A stretch of DNA of 64,000 bases. It comes from Mobula hypostoma (taxonomy: Eukaryota). Location: contig NC_086097.1 of assembly GCF_963921235.1 (NCBI RefSeq), positions 240,562,001-240,626,000 of the forward strand. The letters are read 5' to 3'. Below the pieces are notes generated by a model. That model was not told where the DNA came from. It saw nothing but the letters and a program-made list of their open reading frames with translations, and ran no database searches. Position 1 is the first letter of the stretch, and each line of letters opens with the position of its first letter. A program made the translations under genes and the position numbers. Below are positions 1 to 13,859 of this stretch, piece by piece.

Positions 1-745
1 CAAGATGGAGCTGACTGAATTTACAACCCTCTGCAGCTTCTTTCAGTCCTGTGCAGTAGCCCCCACCAGCCCCCCATACTAGACAGTGATGCAGCCTGTC
101 AGAATGCTTTCCACGGTACATCTATAGAAGTTTATTTGTGTATTTGTTGACATACTAAATCTCTTTAAACTTCTAATGAAGTATAGCCACTGTCTTGCTG
201 CCTTTATAACTTCATCAATATGTTGGGACCAGTTTAGATCCTCAGAGATCTTGACACCCAGGAACTTGAAACTGCTCACTCCCTCCACTTCTGATCCCTC
301 TATGAGGATTGGTTTGTGTTCCTTCGTCTTACCCTTCCTGAAGTCCACAATCAGCTCTTTCGTCTTACTGACATTGAGTGCCAGGTTGTTGCTGCGACAC
401 CACTCCACTAGTTGGCATATCTCACTCCTGTACGCCCTCTCATCACCACTTGAGATTCTACCAACAATAGTTGTATCATCAGCCAATTTATAGATGGTAT
501 CTGAGCTATGCCTAGCCACACTGTCATGTGTATATAGAGAGTAGAGCAGTGGGCTAAGCACACACTCCTGAGGTGCACCAGTGTTGATCGTCAGTGAGGA
601 GGAGATATTATCACCAATCTGCACAGATTGTAGTCTTCCAGTTAGGAAATCGAGGATTCAATTATAGAGGGAGGTACAGAGGCCCAGGTTCTGCAACTTC
701 TCAATCAGGATTGTGGGATTAATGGTATTAAATACTGAGCTATAC
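1..745 (-). mobile_element. Rex1/Babar-clade LINE, RT fragment
   Basis: ORF 79-624(-) has TGAPQECVLSPLLYSLYTHD, KLADDTT, LNVSKTKELIVDFR and FKFLGVKISEDL, the Rex1/Babar RT pattern. Confidence 0.85.
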
Positions 746-1311
746 TGTACATGTCACCACATACTACGCTGAGATTCTTTTTCAGGCAGGCATACCAAGC
801 AAATCTATAGAATAGTAACTCTAAACAGGATCGATGAACAAACTGTGCATATGCAAATATAAATAAATAACGAGATCATAAAATAACAATACAAAGAATC
901 TTTAAAGTGACACCAGTGGTTGTGGGAACACCAGAAATAGAAGGAGTGCAGTTAACTCCTTTTTTTCAAGAGCCTGCTGGCTGAGAGGTAGCTTCTGTTC
1001 CTGAACCTGGTGGTGTGGGTCCTGAGGTACCTTTAACTTCTACCTGATGGCAGCAGTGAGGAAAGAGCATGGCCTGGGTGGTGAGGATCTTTGATGATAG
1101 ATGCTGCTTTTATACAGCAATATTTCATGTAGATGTGTTCAATGGTTGTCATTTACCTATCTTTATGTGCTTTAAGATTGCTAATGTAATGTGGATATGT
1201 AGAGAGTAGTATATCATCTGTAATGTGGGTATATTTCAAGGCATCACTATTACCTTTACTGAATTCCCCAACTTCCATTGCCTTCTAAGAAATAAATAAA
1301 GACAAGAACTT

Positions 1312-1545
1312 AGGAGATCCTGCAGATGCTGGAAATCTGAGCAACACACACAAAATGCTGGAGGAACTCAGCAAGTCAGGCACCATTTAGGGAGGGGAAT
1401 AAACAGTCAACGTTTTGGGCAAAGACCCCCCATCAGGACTGGAAAAGAAGGGGGAAGAAGCCAGAATAAGAAGGTGGGGAGAGGGGAAGGAGTACAAGCT
1501 GGCAGGTGATGGGTGAAATCAGGTGAGGGGAATAGTGGATGGGTT
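1312..1545 (-). mobile_element. Penelope-like element pLTR fragment with degenerate hammerhead motif
   Basis: Resembles the pLTRs at 19.7 and 37.0 kb. Reverse complement of 1405-1440 reads agtc-ctgatgg...aaaacgtt-gact (core mutated). Confidence 0.7.
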
Positions 1546-2240
1546 AGTGGCCAATGGTATTCCACAGGCATCTGTTCTAAGACTCCACCTCTTTGTGATT
1601 TTTATAAATGACGGGGGATAGGGTGAAGATCAACGACTCAATAGGCAGTTGGACCCTACACTACTTGATCAGACATTTGAGCCTGATTATTTTTTGAACC
1701 TGAGTATTTTCCAGATGTGACAGAGCACATTGACGAAGACAGAGCAGTGTATGTGGTGTATATGGATTTTAGTAAGGCTAAAGGATCCCCATTTCAGACA
1801 CATTCACAAAGTTAGGAAACATGAGATCCAGAGAAACCTTGCTCTACAGATTCAGAATTGGGTTGCTAACAGAAGACAGAGGGTGGCTGGAGATGGAGAT
1901 TCTGTCTGGAGATTGGTAACCAATGGTGTTCCCCAGGGATCTGTTCTGGGACACCTGCACTCTGTGATTTTTATGAATGATTAGGATGAGAAAGGGATGG
2001 GTGGGTTAGTAAGTTTGCAGATGACATGAAAGTTGGTGGAGTTGTGGGGAGTGTTTTGCGTTGTCACAAGTTGCAACAGAACATTGACAGAACACACTGC
2101 TTGGCTGAGAAGTGGCAGATGGAGTTCAACCCATAGAAGTGTGAAATGATTCACTCTGGAAGGTTAAATTTGAAGGCAGAATGTTAATGGTATGATTCAT
2201 AAATGTGTAGAAGAACAGATGGATTATGGGGACCACAACC
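1545..2240 (+). mobile_element. Degenerate CR1 LINE RT fragments
   Basis: Encodes VTNGVPQGSVLG and SKFADDMKVGG, with stops and frameshifts. Confidence 0.75.
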
Positions 2241-3064
2241 ATTGCTTTTTCAGGGTTAAAGCAAAAGAAGTTAAGCATGCAGAAACGTCAGCATGGGGAA
2301 TAGGCTCTACACCCCATCCTGTGCCTTGCTTGTGTGAGGGCAGATTTGGGGGAAGGTAACACATTTACATTGCCGACTGCTGAATCATATTCCACTCACT
2401 CCAGGCAGAATGAAACTTCCCTCTCAAAGTGACACATATGTGCTGAATTACACTGTTATAAACCTTCTGAATACTAAGCATGGATGCAAAATGGTTTATT
2501 CTCAGCTCATCTATGAGGACCGGGCTATGTCCAAATTGAACCTGAAGATACAGGCAGTTATTGCAACCAGCCAAGCACTGAACTCGTTAAAATCACATCT
2601 GCTTCAGAACCCATAAAAGGATCTTAGAACATAGAACATTTTGGCACAGTACAGGCCCTTCAGCCCATGATGTTGTGCTGACCTTTTAACCTGCTTCAAG
2701 ATCCATCTAACCCGACCCCCAAGTTTATTGTTTACAATAAGGCGACCAGAACTGAATACAATACTTCAAATGTGGTCTAAACAGGGTTTTAAAGAGCTGC
2801 AACATTACTTCGTGGCTCTTGAACCCAATCCCATGAAGGTCTACACAGCACATGCCATCTTAACAACACTTTCCATCCACAAACATATGTCTGTCCTGAT
2901 ACCAAGGGGATTGATTCATACTGATCCTATTATTATCACCTAATAAAATCTACATGCAAACTCAGCAAGAATAACAATCTGAATGAGGCTGATTCTCACT
3001 GATGTATGTCGAGAAATGTGTTGTTTTGTGACAGCAGTACAGTGCAAGGCATAAGAAAACGCTT

Positions 3065-3372
3065 TATATTATAGGCATCCGTTAGTCTCATGAGACCATG
3101 GATTTGCGCCTTGAAAGGTTTCCAGGGCGCAGGCCTGGGCAAGGTTGTATGGAAAACCAGCAGTTGCCCATGCTGCAAGTCTCCCCTCTCCACGCCACCA
3201 ATGTTGTCCAAGGGAAGGGCATTAGGACCCATACAGCTTGGCACCGGTGTCGTCGCAGAGCAATGTGTGGTTATGTGCCTTGCTGAAGGACACACGCTGC
3301 CTCAGCTAAGGCTCGAACTAACAACCTTCAAATCACCAGACAAATGCCTTAACCACTTGGCCGTGCGCCAAC
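3065..3372 (-). mobile_element. tRNA-headed CORE-like SINE with bipartite RTE-derived tail
   Basis: Minus strand shows A box cggccaagtgg, B box gttcgagcc and CORE-like gtgtgtccttcagcaaggcacataacc. 3121-3158 matches RTE 5' end 54198-54235 (35/38 by eye). 3074-3116 matches RTE 3' end 54099-54141 (38/43). Confidence 0.8.
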
Positions 3373-4074
3373 ACACTAAAAACACTAACGTTACAATAAA
3401 AAAAACAGGTAAATAGTGCCAAAGGATGTTCATGAACTGTTCAGAAACCTGATGGCAAAGTCGTAGAATCATAGAGGACTATAATACAGAAACAGGCCAC
3501 TCGGCCCATCCAGTCTGTGCCAAACCATTGTTGTGCCAAGTCCCATCAACCTGCACATGGGACATAGCCCTCCACACTTCTCCCATCCATGAACCTATCC
3601 AAGTTTCTCTTGAGTGTTGGAATTCCAAATGAGGGGAAGCAATTGTTTCCAAAGCAAATACGTACTTCTTACGTCAAACAGAATTTGTTTTATTTACAAA
3701 TTCATCACATTTCCCTCATGTCCAAGTTCCTGATATCTGCCTCTGCAATTGGTACAATTGCTTTTAGACCTCGTTTTGCCTTGCACATGGATAACACCCC
3801 TATGGAAACAGACAATTAATTTCTCAGCTACACTTTGTTTAAAAGGAATGGAGACGTCTCCCTCATCTGCTCTCCTGAGACTGCAGATGAAACTGATAAA
3901 GGTCAGGTCATTTCTACACCTGCGTCCTAAGTCTGATCATACCTTGTGATGCAGGAACAGTGGCATGGTTATTAGTAAACCAGAGGACTGGACAAATGAT
4001 CTGAAGGCACAATTTTAATTCTCTCCATCACAGCAAGAGATGTAAATTCAGCTGAATGAAGTTATCCACACTAG

Positions 4075-4880
4075 TTCCGCAGCCTGATAGTTGAGGGGTA
4101 ATAACTGTTCCTGAACCTGGTGGTGTGGGACCTAAGGCTCCTGTACCTCCTTCTCGATGACAGAGGCAAGAAGAACACACAGCCCAGATGGTGGGGATCC
4201 TTAATGATAGATGCTTAATATTCGGGAGGGACTGGGCTGTATCCACTACTTTTGTGGGTTTTTCCATTCAAGTGCATTGGTGTTTCCATACCAGGCTGCA
4301 GAGTAAGCAGTCAATGTACTATCCACTGTGCATCTATAGGAGTTTGTCAAAGTTTTAGATGACATGCTGAATCTTTGCAACCCTCTTAGATGCGTTGTCA
4401 CACCTTCTCTGTAATGGCACATAAGTGCTGCACCCAGGACAGATCGTTTGAAAGTACCACACTGAAGAATTTAAATTTACTGACTCTCTCCACCTCTGAT
4501 CCCCTGATGAAGACTGGCTCATGGACCTTCATCCCCCGGTAGTCTTTGGTTTTCATGGACACAACCCTTCCCAATTTTGAGAACATCTTCAAGAGACGGT
4601 CCATCGAGAAGGTGGTAACCATTATTAAGGAGTCTCACAATCCAGAACATGCCTTCCTTTACAAAAGCCTAAAGACCCACACTCAATGATTCAGGGGCAG
4701 CTCCTTGCCCCTCTCCAGGATTCTGAATGGTCCATGAATCCATGAGCAGTATAGTGCAAAAAAAGAATAAGGAGGTAATGTTCATGGATTCATGGGCCAA
4801 TCAGAAAATGTACTGCAGCCACAAAACAACAACTTTCATGTAATATAAGACAGTGATAATAAATATGAATCTGATTTTGA
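4075..4880. mobile_element. Rex1/Babar fragments in both orientations
   Basis: ORF 4398-4622(-) has GSEVERVSKFKF. Plus-strand 3' fragments follow, ending in an aataaa...tctgat tail. Confidence 0.6.
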
Positions 4881-6278
4881 TTCTGAAAAATCAACCATGG
4901 TTCAAGTCATGACCTAATGACACGGTTAAGTGTTCCAGAAACCTTCCCCAGCATTTTTACAGAAGGTACATTGGTAATAAGACCATAAAATATAGGAGAT
5001 GAATTAGGCCAAATAGCCATTGCATCTGCTAATATATTTCATCATGGCTGATCCAATTTTCCTCTCAGCTCCAATCTCCTGCCATTTCCCCGTATCCCTT
5101 CATGCCCTGACCAGTCAAGAATCTGTCAAACTCTGCCTTGAATAGACACAAAGATTTGGCCTCCACAGCTGCCTGTGACAAAGAATTCCATAATTTTGTC
5201 ACTCCCTGGCTAAAGAAATACCTCCTTATCTCCATTCTAAAAGGATGCCCCTCCATTCTGAGGCTGTGTCCTCTGGTCTTAGACTCTCCCACCATAGGAA
5301 ACATCCTCTCCACATCCACTCGATCAAGGCCTTTCACTATTCGATAGGCTTCAATGAAGTCACACCTCATTCTTCTGAATTCCAATGAATACAGACTCAG
5401 AGCCATCAACTGCTCTTCTTATCACAAGCCATTCAATCCTGGAATCATTTTCGTGAATTCCTTTGAAGCCTCTCCAGTTTCAACACATCCTTTCAACACA
5501 TAAAGGGCCCAAAACTGCTCACAGTACTCCAAGTGAGGCCTCACCAGTGCTTCATAAAATTTCAACATTACATCCTTGCTTTTATATTCTAATACTCTTG
5601 AAATGAATGCTAACATTCTATTTATCTTCATCACCACAGACTCAACCTACAAATTATCATTTAGGGAATCTTGCAGAAGAACTCCCAAATCCCTTTGCAC
5701 CTCTGATTTTTGTATTTACTCTCCATTGAGAAAATAGTCAACCCTTTCATTTCTCCTACTAAAGTGTATGTCCACGCACTTCCTGACACTATATTACATT
5801 TGCCATTTCTATGCCCATTCTCCTAATTTGTCTGAGTCCTTCTGTAGCCTGACTAATTCCGCAAAACAACCTGCACTACACCTATCTACATATGGTCTGC
5901 AAACTTTGCAACAAAGCCATCAATTGCATCATCCAAATGATTGACGTGTAACATAAAAAGAATTGGTCCCAACTCCGACCCCTGTGGGACACCAATAGTC
6001 ACCTGCAGCCAATCAGAACAGGTCCCCTTCATTCCCACTCTTTGCTTCCTGCCAATCAGCCACTGCTTTACCCATGCTAGAATCTTTCCCGTAATACCAT
6101 GGGCTCAAAGGTTGTTTAGCAACCTCATGTGTCAACGCCAACTGATTCTCCTTTGTCTATCATGCCTGTTGCTTCAAAAAATTCTAACAGATTTGCCAGG
6201 CAAGATGTTCCCTTGAGGAAACCATGCTGACTATGGCCTATTTTATCATCTGCCTCCAAGTACCCTGACACCTCATTC

Positions 6279-7322
6279 TTCTCTGGTTGGCTGCCAGTGA
6301 CTAGAGGGGTTCAGCAGGGGTCAGTGTTGGGACTGATTCTTTTTATGCTGTGTATCAATGATTTAGGTGTTGGAATAGATGGCTTTGTTGCCAAGTTTGC
6401 AGATGATAAGAAAATTAGTAGACAGCCAGGTAGTGCAGGGGAAACAGGAAGGCTGCAGAAGGACTTTGACAGGTTAGACAAATGGGCAAGAAAGTGGCAA
6501 ATGAAATACAGTTTCGGAAAATGTATGGTCATGCACTTTGGTAGTAGAAATAAATGTGCAGACTATTTTCCAAATGGGGAGAAAATCCCAAAATCTGAGA
6601 TGCAAAGGGACTTAGGAGTCCTTGTGCAGAACACCCTAAAGGTTAACTTGCAGGTGAGGATGGCAAATGCAATGTTAGCATTCATTTCAAAATTCTAGAA
6701 CACAAGAGCAAGGATGTGATGCTGAGGCGTTATAAGGCACTGGTGAAGTCTCAACTTGAGTATTGTGAACAGATTTGGGCTCCTCATGTAAGAAAAGATG
6801 CACTGGCAATGGAGAGGGTTCAGAGGAGGCTCACAAGGATGATTCTGGGAATGAAATATCACAGAAGGAATGTTTGATGGCCTGGATTTGTTCTCACTGG
6901 AGTTTAGAAGGATGGGGTAAGGGGGATCTCATTGAAACCTTTCGGCTATTGAAAGGCCTAGACAGAGCAGATGTGGAAAGGATGTTTCCCATGGTGGGGG
7001 AGTCTAGGACAAGAGGACACAGCCTCAGGATAGAAGGGCATCCATTTAAAACAGAGATGCAGTGAAATTTCTTTAGACTGAGGGTGGAGAATTTGTGAAA
7101 TATATTACCACAAGCAGCTGTGGAGGTTGTTGGGTGTATTTAAGGCAGAGCGTCATAGGTTCTTGATTGGACACGGTATCAAAGGTTATGGAGAGAAGGT
7201 CATGAGTGGGGCTGAGGAGGGGGGAAAAAGGATCAGCCATGATTGAATGAGGGAACAGACTCATTAGGCCAAATGGTCTAATTCTGCAATTATGACTTAT
7301 AGTCGTATAGCCTTATGGTCTT
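6279..7322 (+). mobile_element. 5'-truncated CR1 nested in CR1
   Basis: Encodes GVQQGSVLG, AKFADD and SRTRGHSLRIEG. Ends in a tatggtc-type tail, and the host resumes at 7323. Confidence 0.85.
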
Positions 7323-8134
7323 AATAATCAACTTCAGTGTTTTCCCAGCCACTGAAGTCAGTCTAACTGTTCTACAGTATCCTTTCTTCTGCCTCTCTCC
7401 CCTCTTAAACAGTGGAGTGACATTTGCAATTTTCTAGTCTTCCGGAACCGTTCCAGAATCTTGTGAAGCTTGAAAGATCATTACTAATGCCTCCATGATC
7501 TCTTCAGCCACCTCTTTCAGAAAAGTGAAGTGGACACCATCTGGTGCAGGTGATTTATCTACTTTCAGTCCTTTCAGTTTCCCAAGAACCTTCTGTCTAG
7601 TTATGATAACTTCACACACTTCACGCTCCTCAACACCTGGAAATTCCACTATACTGTCCCTGTCTTCCACAGTGAAAATACTTATTCAGTATTACTATTA
7701 CTACCTCTCCATCATCATTTTCCAGTGGTCTGATATCCACTCTCACCTCTCTTCTATACTTTATGTATCTGAAGAAACGTTTGGTATCCTCTTTAATATT
7801 ATTGTCAAGCTTACTTTCCCATTCCATCTTTACCTTCTTAATGACTTTTGAGTTGAGCTCTGTTGTTTTTAAAAGCTTCCCAATCCTCTAACTAAGTTTT
7901 GCTCATTACATGCCCTCTCTTTGGCTTTTATGTTGGCTTTGACATCTCTTGTTAGACACGGTGTGTCATCTTTCCTTTAGAACATTTCTTCTTCTTTGGG
8001 ATATACGTATCCTGTTCCTCTGAATTGCTTCTAGAAATTACAGCCATTGCTGCTCTGCCATTATCCCTGCCTGTGTTGCTTTCCAATCAATTCTGGTCAA
8101 ATCCTCTCTCATGCCTCTGTAATTCCCTTTACTC

Positions 8135-8330
8135 CAGTGGTCCCCAACCTCCGGGCCGCGGACTGATACATTGCCATAAAGAATGCAGTGGTGCAGCGGT
8201 AGTCAGAAAGCACCCAGCACATCTTTAAGTAAAAAGCCGAAATAAACAAGCTAACTGATTACGTGCCGGATGCATTCTGCATTCTTCGCGGCAATGTATC
8301 GGTCTGCGGCCTAGAGGTTGGGGACCACTG
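8135..8330. mobile_element. hAT-Charlie-type MITE, 196 bp
   Basis: TIRs cagtggtccccaacc...ggttggggaccactg. 8-bp TSD ctttactc at 8127-8134 and 8331-8338. Confidence 0.9.
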
Positions 8331-8389
8331 CTTTACTCCACTGTAATATTGATATATCTGACTTTGGCTTCCCCTCAAATTTTAGGGTG

Positions 8390-10330
8390 AATAATGAGCA
8401 GCCTACAGAGAGGAAGTCATCACCCTGACACAGTGGTGTCAAGAAAACAACCTCTCCCTCAAATGTCACAAAAACACAGGAGCTGGTTGTGGACTACAGG
8501 AGGAATGGAGACAGACTAACCCTACTGACATTAATGGATATGGGGTTGAGAAGGTGAACAGCTTTAAGTTCCTTGGTATAAACATCACTAAGGATCTCAC
8601 GTGGTCCGTACCTACCAGCTGCGTGGTTGAAGAAGTTTGGTATGGCCCCCCAAATTCTAAGAACTTTCTATAGGAGCATGATTGAGAGCATCCTGACTGA
8701 CTGCATCACTGCCTAGTATGGGAACTGTACTTCCCTCAATCACAGGACTCTGCAGAGAGTGGTGCAGACAGCCCAGCGCATCTGTAGATGTGAACTTCCC
8801 ACTACTCAGGGCATTTAAGGTTTCAAAGGTACATTTAATGTCAGAGAAATGTATACAATATACATCCTGAAATTCTTCTTCTTTGCAGCCATCCACGAAA
8901 ACAGAGGACCCAAAGAATGAATGACAGTTAACCCGGATAAATACAAAGGTGGTGCCTGGATTGGGTAACATGCCTTATGAAAACAGGCTGAGTGAACTCA
9001 GCCTTTTCTCCTCGGAGCGACGGAGGATGAGAGGTGACCTGATAGAGGTGTATAAGATGATGAGAGGCATTGATCATGTGGATAGTCAGAGGCTTTTTCC
9101 CAGGGCTGAAATGGCTGCCACAAGAGGGCACAGGTTTAAGGTGCTTGGCAGTAGGTACAGGGGTAATTTTTTTTTACACAGAGAGTGGTGAGTGCGTGGA
9201 ATGGGCTGCCGGCAACGGTAGTGGAGTCGGATACGATAGGGTCTTTTAAGAGACTTTTGGATAGGTACATGAAGCTTAGGAAAATAGAGGGCTATAGGTA
9301 ACCCCAGTAATTTCTAAGGTAGGGATATGTTCAGCACAACTTTGTGGGCCGAAAGCCTGTATTGTGCTGTAGGTTTTCTATGTTTCTAAGCCCAAAGCTC
9401 CCCCCAGTTCCCCCCCATGCATAAGCAGCAGCAAAGCAATGATCCCCCCAGTATAAAAAACATCAGCACCCTCCACCGCGCACTCAAGCGTGCAGCAAAG
9501 CATCAATAAAGACTTGTAGTATCCCCAAGACTACTCATTCACTTGGTAATTTGCCACACCACAGGCTCTCTTTCTCTCTCTCTCTCTCCCTAATAAGGGA
9601 AAAAGAAATGTCTCCGTTTCACAGCGAGAGGGGAGACGTAGCAAACAACTCGCTGATTTACGATGTTAAAAGTCCGTTGTGTCACTTTTCCGAGCTCTGT
9701 GCTCAAAGAACATGGGTCTCCAGGAACACAGCCAGAGATCTTCCATCTCCCACAACATACCGATCTCCTACAGAGGCACCAACCTCGAGTCCGCCTACCT
9801 ACAGAGCCACAAAATCCCAAAACTCTGAAGGTGAGCTAATCTTCTAGGCCACATCCTTGGTATATCGAATAACAGCCAGTCGTGAGGCCCCAGGAACGGG
9901 TCTCACTCCTGCAACGAACTGAAGTCAGCATGTAACTCTAGGCTAGATTAAAGATAGAAATGGAGCTGTTTCTGAAGATGCAAGTAAAGGAGTTGCCGTT
10001 AGTTTACAAAGGGCCCAAAGTATCATTGGAAACCTGAATCATTCCAACCACAAACTGTTCCAGCTGCGACCATCTGGGAAACAGTACCGCGGCGTAAAAG
10101 CCAGAACCAACAGGGTCCAGGACAGCTTCTTCCACCAGGCCATCAGACTGCTTAATTCATGCTGATGCAACTGCATTTCTATGTTATATTGACTATCCTA
10201 TTGTACATAATATTTATTATAAGTTATTATAATAGCACATTGCACATTTAGGCAGAGATGCAACGTGAAGATTTTTACTCCTTATGTATATGAAGGATGT
10301 AAGTAATAAAGTCAATTCAATTCAATTTGA
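8390..10330 (+). mobile_element. Rex1/Babar 3' portion, interrupted at 8817-10002
   Basis: Encodes ELVVDYRRNGD and ESILTDCIT. 3' tail aataaagtcaattcaattcaa. Confidence 0.8.
8817..10002 (-). mobile_element. Non-autonomous LINE-derived element (same family as 50344-51120) containing a CR1 at about 8935-9388(+)
   Basis: Shares ttcaaagg...aatgtcagagaaatgtatacaatatacatcc and internal blocks with 50344-51120. ttta is duplicated at the junctions. Confidence 0.65.
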
Positions 10331-10344
10331 TCATATTAAAGCTA

Positions 10345-10466
10345 ATGGCCTTGGCCCAAAATGTTGACTGTTTACTATTTTCCATAGATGCTGCCTGGCC
10401 TGCTGAGTTCTTCCAGCATTTTATGTGTATTTTTTGGATTTCCAGCTTCTGCAGATTTTCTCTTGT
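10345..10466 (+). mobile_element. PLE pLTR fragment
   Basis: Contains gatgctgcctggcctgctgagttc...tttccagcttctgcagattttc, shared with the other PLE copies. Confidence 0.65.
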
Positions 10467-10799
10467 ACGATCGTATTATGTTCACTACCCCTAAGGGTTC
10501 TTTTACCTTAAGCTCTCTAATCAATTTGGGATCATTGCATAACACCCAATCCAAAATAGCTGATCCTACAGTGGACTCAACCAGGAATTGCTCTAAAAAG
10601 CTATCTCATAGGCACTCTATAAATTCCCCTTCCTGTAATCCAGCACCAACATGATTTTCACAATCTACCTTCATCCTGAATTCCCCCATGACCTGACTAT
10701 TTGTCACATGTACATTGAGACATCAATGACAGATGCAGTCCGAGGATGTACTGGGGGCAGCCCACAAGTATTACCATGTATCTAACACCATCATAGCTT

Positions 10800-10985
10800 G
10801 TGCACAACTTTCTAATCCTAACCCATACAGTACATCTTTGGAATGCGGGAGGAAACCAGAGCACCCAGAGGAAACCCATGTGGCCACAGGCATATCATGC
10901 AAATACCTTACAGGCAGCAGAGGGAAATGATCCTGAGTCACTGATACTGTAGTAGCATTATGCTAACAGCTATGCCATTGTGTCT
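10800..10985 (-). mobile_element. V-domain (HE1-like) SINE
   Basis: tctttggaatgcgggaggaaaccagagcacccagaggaaaccca is the antisense of the V-domain core. Confidence 0.75.
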
Positions 10986-11094
10986 TATTAAGAGTTTCTA
11001 TCCAGCTTATTGTTGAAGAAATGATGGAGGGACAATTGGCATAGAACTATTTCATCACTGCAAAATAAAACTGCAAATCCTGGAAAACTGACAT

Positions 11095-12985
11095 CTGGCA
11101 TGGATAGATGAATGGCTGACAGGCAGGAGGCTACGAATGGGAATAAAAGGGGCCTTTTCTGGTTGGCTGCCAGTGACTAGTGGTGTTCCTCAGGGGTCAG
11201 TATTGGGACGAATATTTTTCACATTGTTTATCACTGATTTAGATAATGGAATCAATGGCTTTGTGGCAAAATTTGTGGATGATATGAAGATAGATGGAGG
11301 GGTAGGCAGTGCTGAGGAAGGATTGCGATTGTAGCAGGATTTAGACCAGTTGGAAGAATGGGCAAAAAAGTGGAAGATGGAATATAGTGTTGGGAAATGT
11401 ATGATAATATATTTTGGTAAAAGGAACAATAGAGCTGACCATTATCTAAATGGGGAGAAAATTCAAATATCAGAGGTGCAGAGGTTCTGAGGAATCCTCA
11501 TGCAAGATTCCCAGAGGTTAATTCACAGGTTGAGTGAATTAGAAGGCAAATGAAATTTTGGCATTCATTTCAAGATGAATAGAATGTAAAACCAAGGGGA
11601 TAATGCTGAGCCTTTATAAGACACCAGTCAGCTGCACTTGGAGTATTGTCAACAGTTTTGGACCCCTCATCTCAGAAAGGATGCATTGTCATTGGAATGA
11701 GTCCAGAGGAGGTTCATAAGGATGGTTCCGGGAACAAAGGGGTTAACATATGAGGAGGTTAACATTATTATCTAAATGGAGTCAAGTTAGGAAAAGTGGA
11801 AGCACAACAAGATCTAGGTGTTCTTGTACATCAGTCTCTGAAAGCAAGCATGCAAGTACAGCAGGCAGTGAAAAAAGCTAATGGCATTTTGGCCTTCATA
11901 ACAAGGGGAATTGAGTATAAGAGCAAAGAGGTCCTTCTGCAGCTGTACAGGGCCCTGGTGAGACCACATCTGGAGTACTATGTACAGTTTTGGTCTCCAA
12001 ATTTGAGGAAGGACTTTCTTGCTATTGAGGAAGTGCAGCGTAGGTTCACAAGGTTAATTCCTGGGATGGCGGGACTGTCATATGTCAAAAGATAGGAGCG
12101 ACTGGGCTTGTATACTCTGGAATTTAGAAGGCTGAGAGGGGATCTTATTGAAACATATAAGATTATTAAGGGATTGGACATGCTGCAGGCAGGAAGCATG
12201 TTCCCGCTGATGGGTGAGTCCAGAACCAGAGGCCATAGTTTAAGAATTAGGGGTAGGCCATTTAGAACAGAGCTGAGGAAAAACTTTTTCACTCAGAGAG
12301 TGGTGGATATATGGAATGCTCTGCCCCAGAAGGCTGTGGAGGCCAAGTCTCTGGATGCTTTCAAAAAAGAGATGGACAGAGCTCTTAAAGATAGCGGAAT
12401 CAAAGGTTATGGGGATAAGGCAGGAACTGGATACTGATTGTGGATGATCAGCCATGATCACAGTGAATGGCGGTGCTGGCTCGAAGGGCCAAATGGCCTA
12501 CTCCTGCACCTATTGTCTATTGTCTATTGTCTATTGAGTGTTTGTCAGCTTTGGGCTTGTACTAACTAGAATTTTGAAGAATACGTGGGGATCTCATTGA
12601 AACCTATCGAATGTTGAAAGGACTAGGTAAGGTGGATATGGAGAGGATGCGTCCTCTGGTGGGGGTATTCAGATCTAGAGGGCACAGCCTCAAAATTGAG
12701 AGGCAACCTTTTAGAACAGAAGTAAGGAGGAATTTTCTTAGCCAAAGAGAGGTGAACCTGTGTAATGCTCTTCCACAGATTGTGGTGGAGGCCAAGTCCA
12801 TGGGTATATTTAAAGTGGAAGTTGATAGGTTTCTGATTGGTCGGAGTATCAAGGGATATGGCGAGAGGGCAGGTGTGTGGGGTTGAATGGAATCCACGAT
12901 CTGCCATGGTGAAATGGTGGAACTGACTCGATGAGCTGAATGGTCTAGTCTGCTCCTATATCTTATGGTCTTTTGGCCTTATGGA
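11095..12985 (+). mobile_element. CR1 LINE with a nested younger CR1 (about 11761-12535)
   Basis: Encodes GVPQGSVLG and KFVDD. The inner copy (ORFs 11796-12095, 12108-12437) ends in (tattgtc)n and the outer copy ends in tatggtc. Confidence 0.85.
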
Positions 12986-13859
12986 CATAAAATAAGAATT
13001 GCTGGGAGTTAATTATTACTAACATTTTAATGTTGTTTCTCTCTCCTTCTTCCTGATATGCTGAGTGTCTCCAGAATTTTTTTTTTTGGCTTTTATTCAA
13101 TATATCCATTGCACTTTACAGCCAATTAACTTGCTTTGAACTCTAGCCATGGTTGCAATACAAAAAAAGTCATGGTTTCTGGTTAGGAGCTTCCAGTCAT
13201 TCTCAAAATCAGACACTGAGGATGGACATTTGCCTGTGCTGGATAGAGCTGCTGTGATGTTAATTAGATCCTCTCTGACTCCAATCCAAATAAAACAAAA
13301 AGAATCAACCATAACTGTTATGTTTTGTGACTTCAAAACATTAAACTAATTCAAAAGAATACATGGAAGACCGCGAATGCAGGAGTAATTTCAATTTGCA
13401 GCATGGACGTATCACGTGGTATGGTGATGACTTTTTCCATTCACATATTTATACATATAACCGTAATGAATCATTTCAATGAAAAGGAAAGCTTAATCAA
13501 CCAATATATATACAAGATTATTCAAATATTGCTTAAGTATTTTGGTCCGTTTCTGGTTAAGCTAGCGCTACGAACATGTGCGACTGCTCACTGATTGTTA
13601 AAAAGGCAGGAAGTTTGACTAAAAACATCACTAAAAACACCGTTACAGAGGAGAATTGTTTTAGATTATAGCTGGGCAGTGAAATCTGGGCCCAGAGCAA
13701 GTCATTGGGTGGCATGGTCTAGGCCCCAAGCCCTTCGTAGCAGCAGGGTTCTAGTGCGAGGTACGATCCACCATTTAGACAATTTAAATGCTGGCACAGA
13801 TCAGAGGCGAGAGCCGATTTTGCTCGCTTTCAGCAAGTATTGAAAACACTCAGAACGTG

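Larger units (their letters stand above)
4980..8390 (-). mobile_element. CR1 LINE, interrupted by a plus-strand CR1 and a hAT MITE
   Basis: ORFs 5065-5409, 5422-5637, 7434-7670 and 7630-7827 encode CR1 ORF2 motifs (LVRPHLEYC, KSPAPDGVH, TRGHSLR). Tail at about 4980. Confidence 0.85.

Noticed and set aside
3300..3372. tRNA gene
   Set aside because: It has A and B boxes but no complete cloverleaf and continues into a SINE body.
3829..3901. Possible exon YTLFKRNGDVSLICSPETADETDK
   Set aside because: Weak splice sites and an unrecognised peptide. An open frame this short is expected by chance.
12510..12535. Short tandem repeats (tattgtc)n, (tatgtttc)n and (tagtca)n as CRISPR-like or satellite arrays
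   Set aside because: These are ordinary LINE 3' microsatellite tails with no spacers, in eukaryotic DNA.
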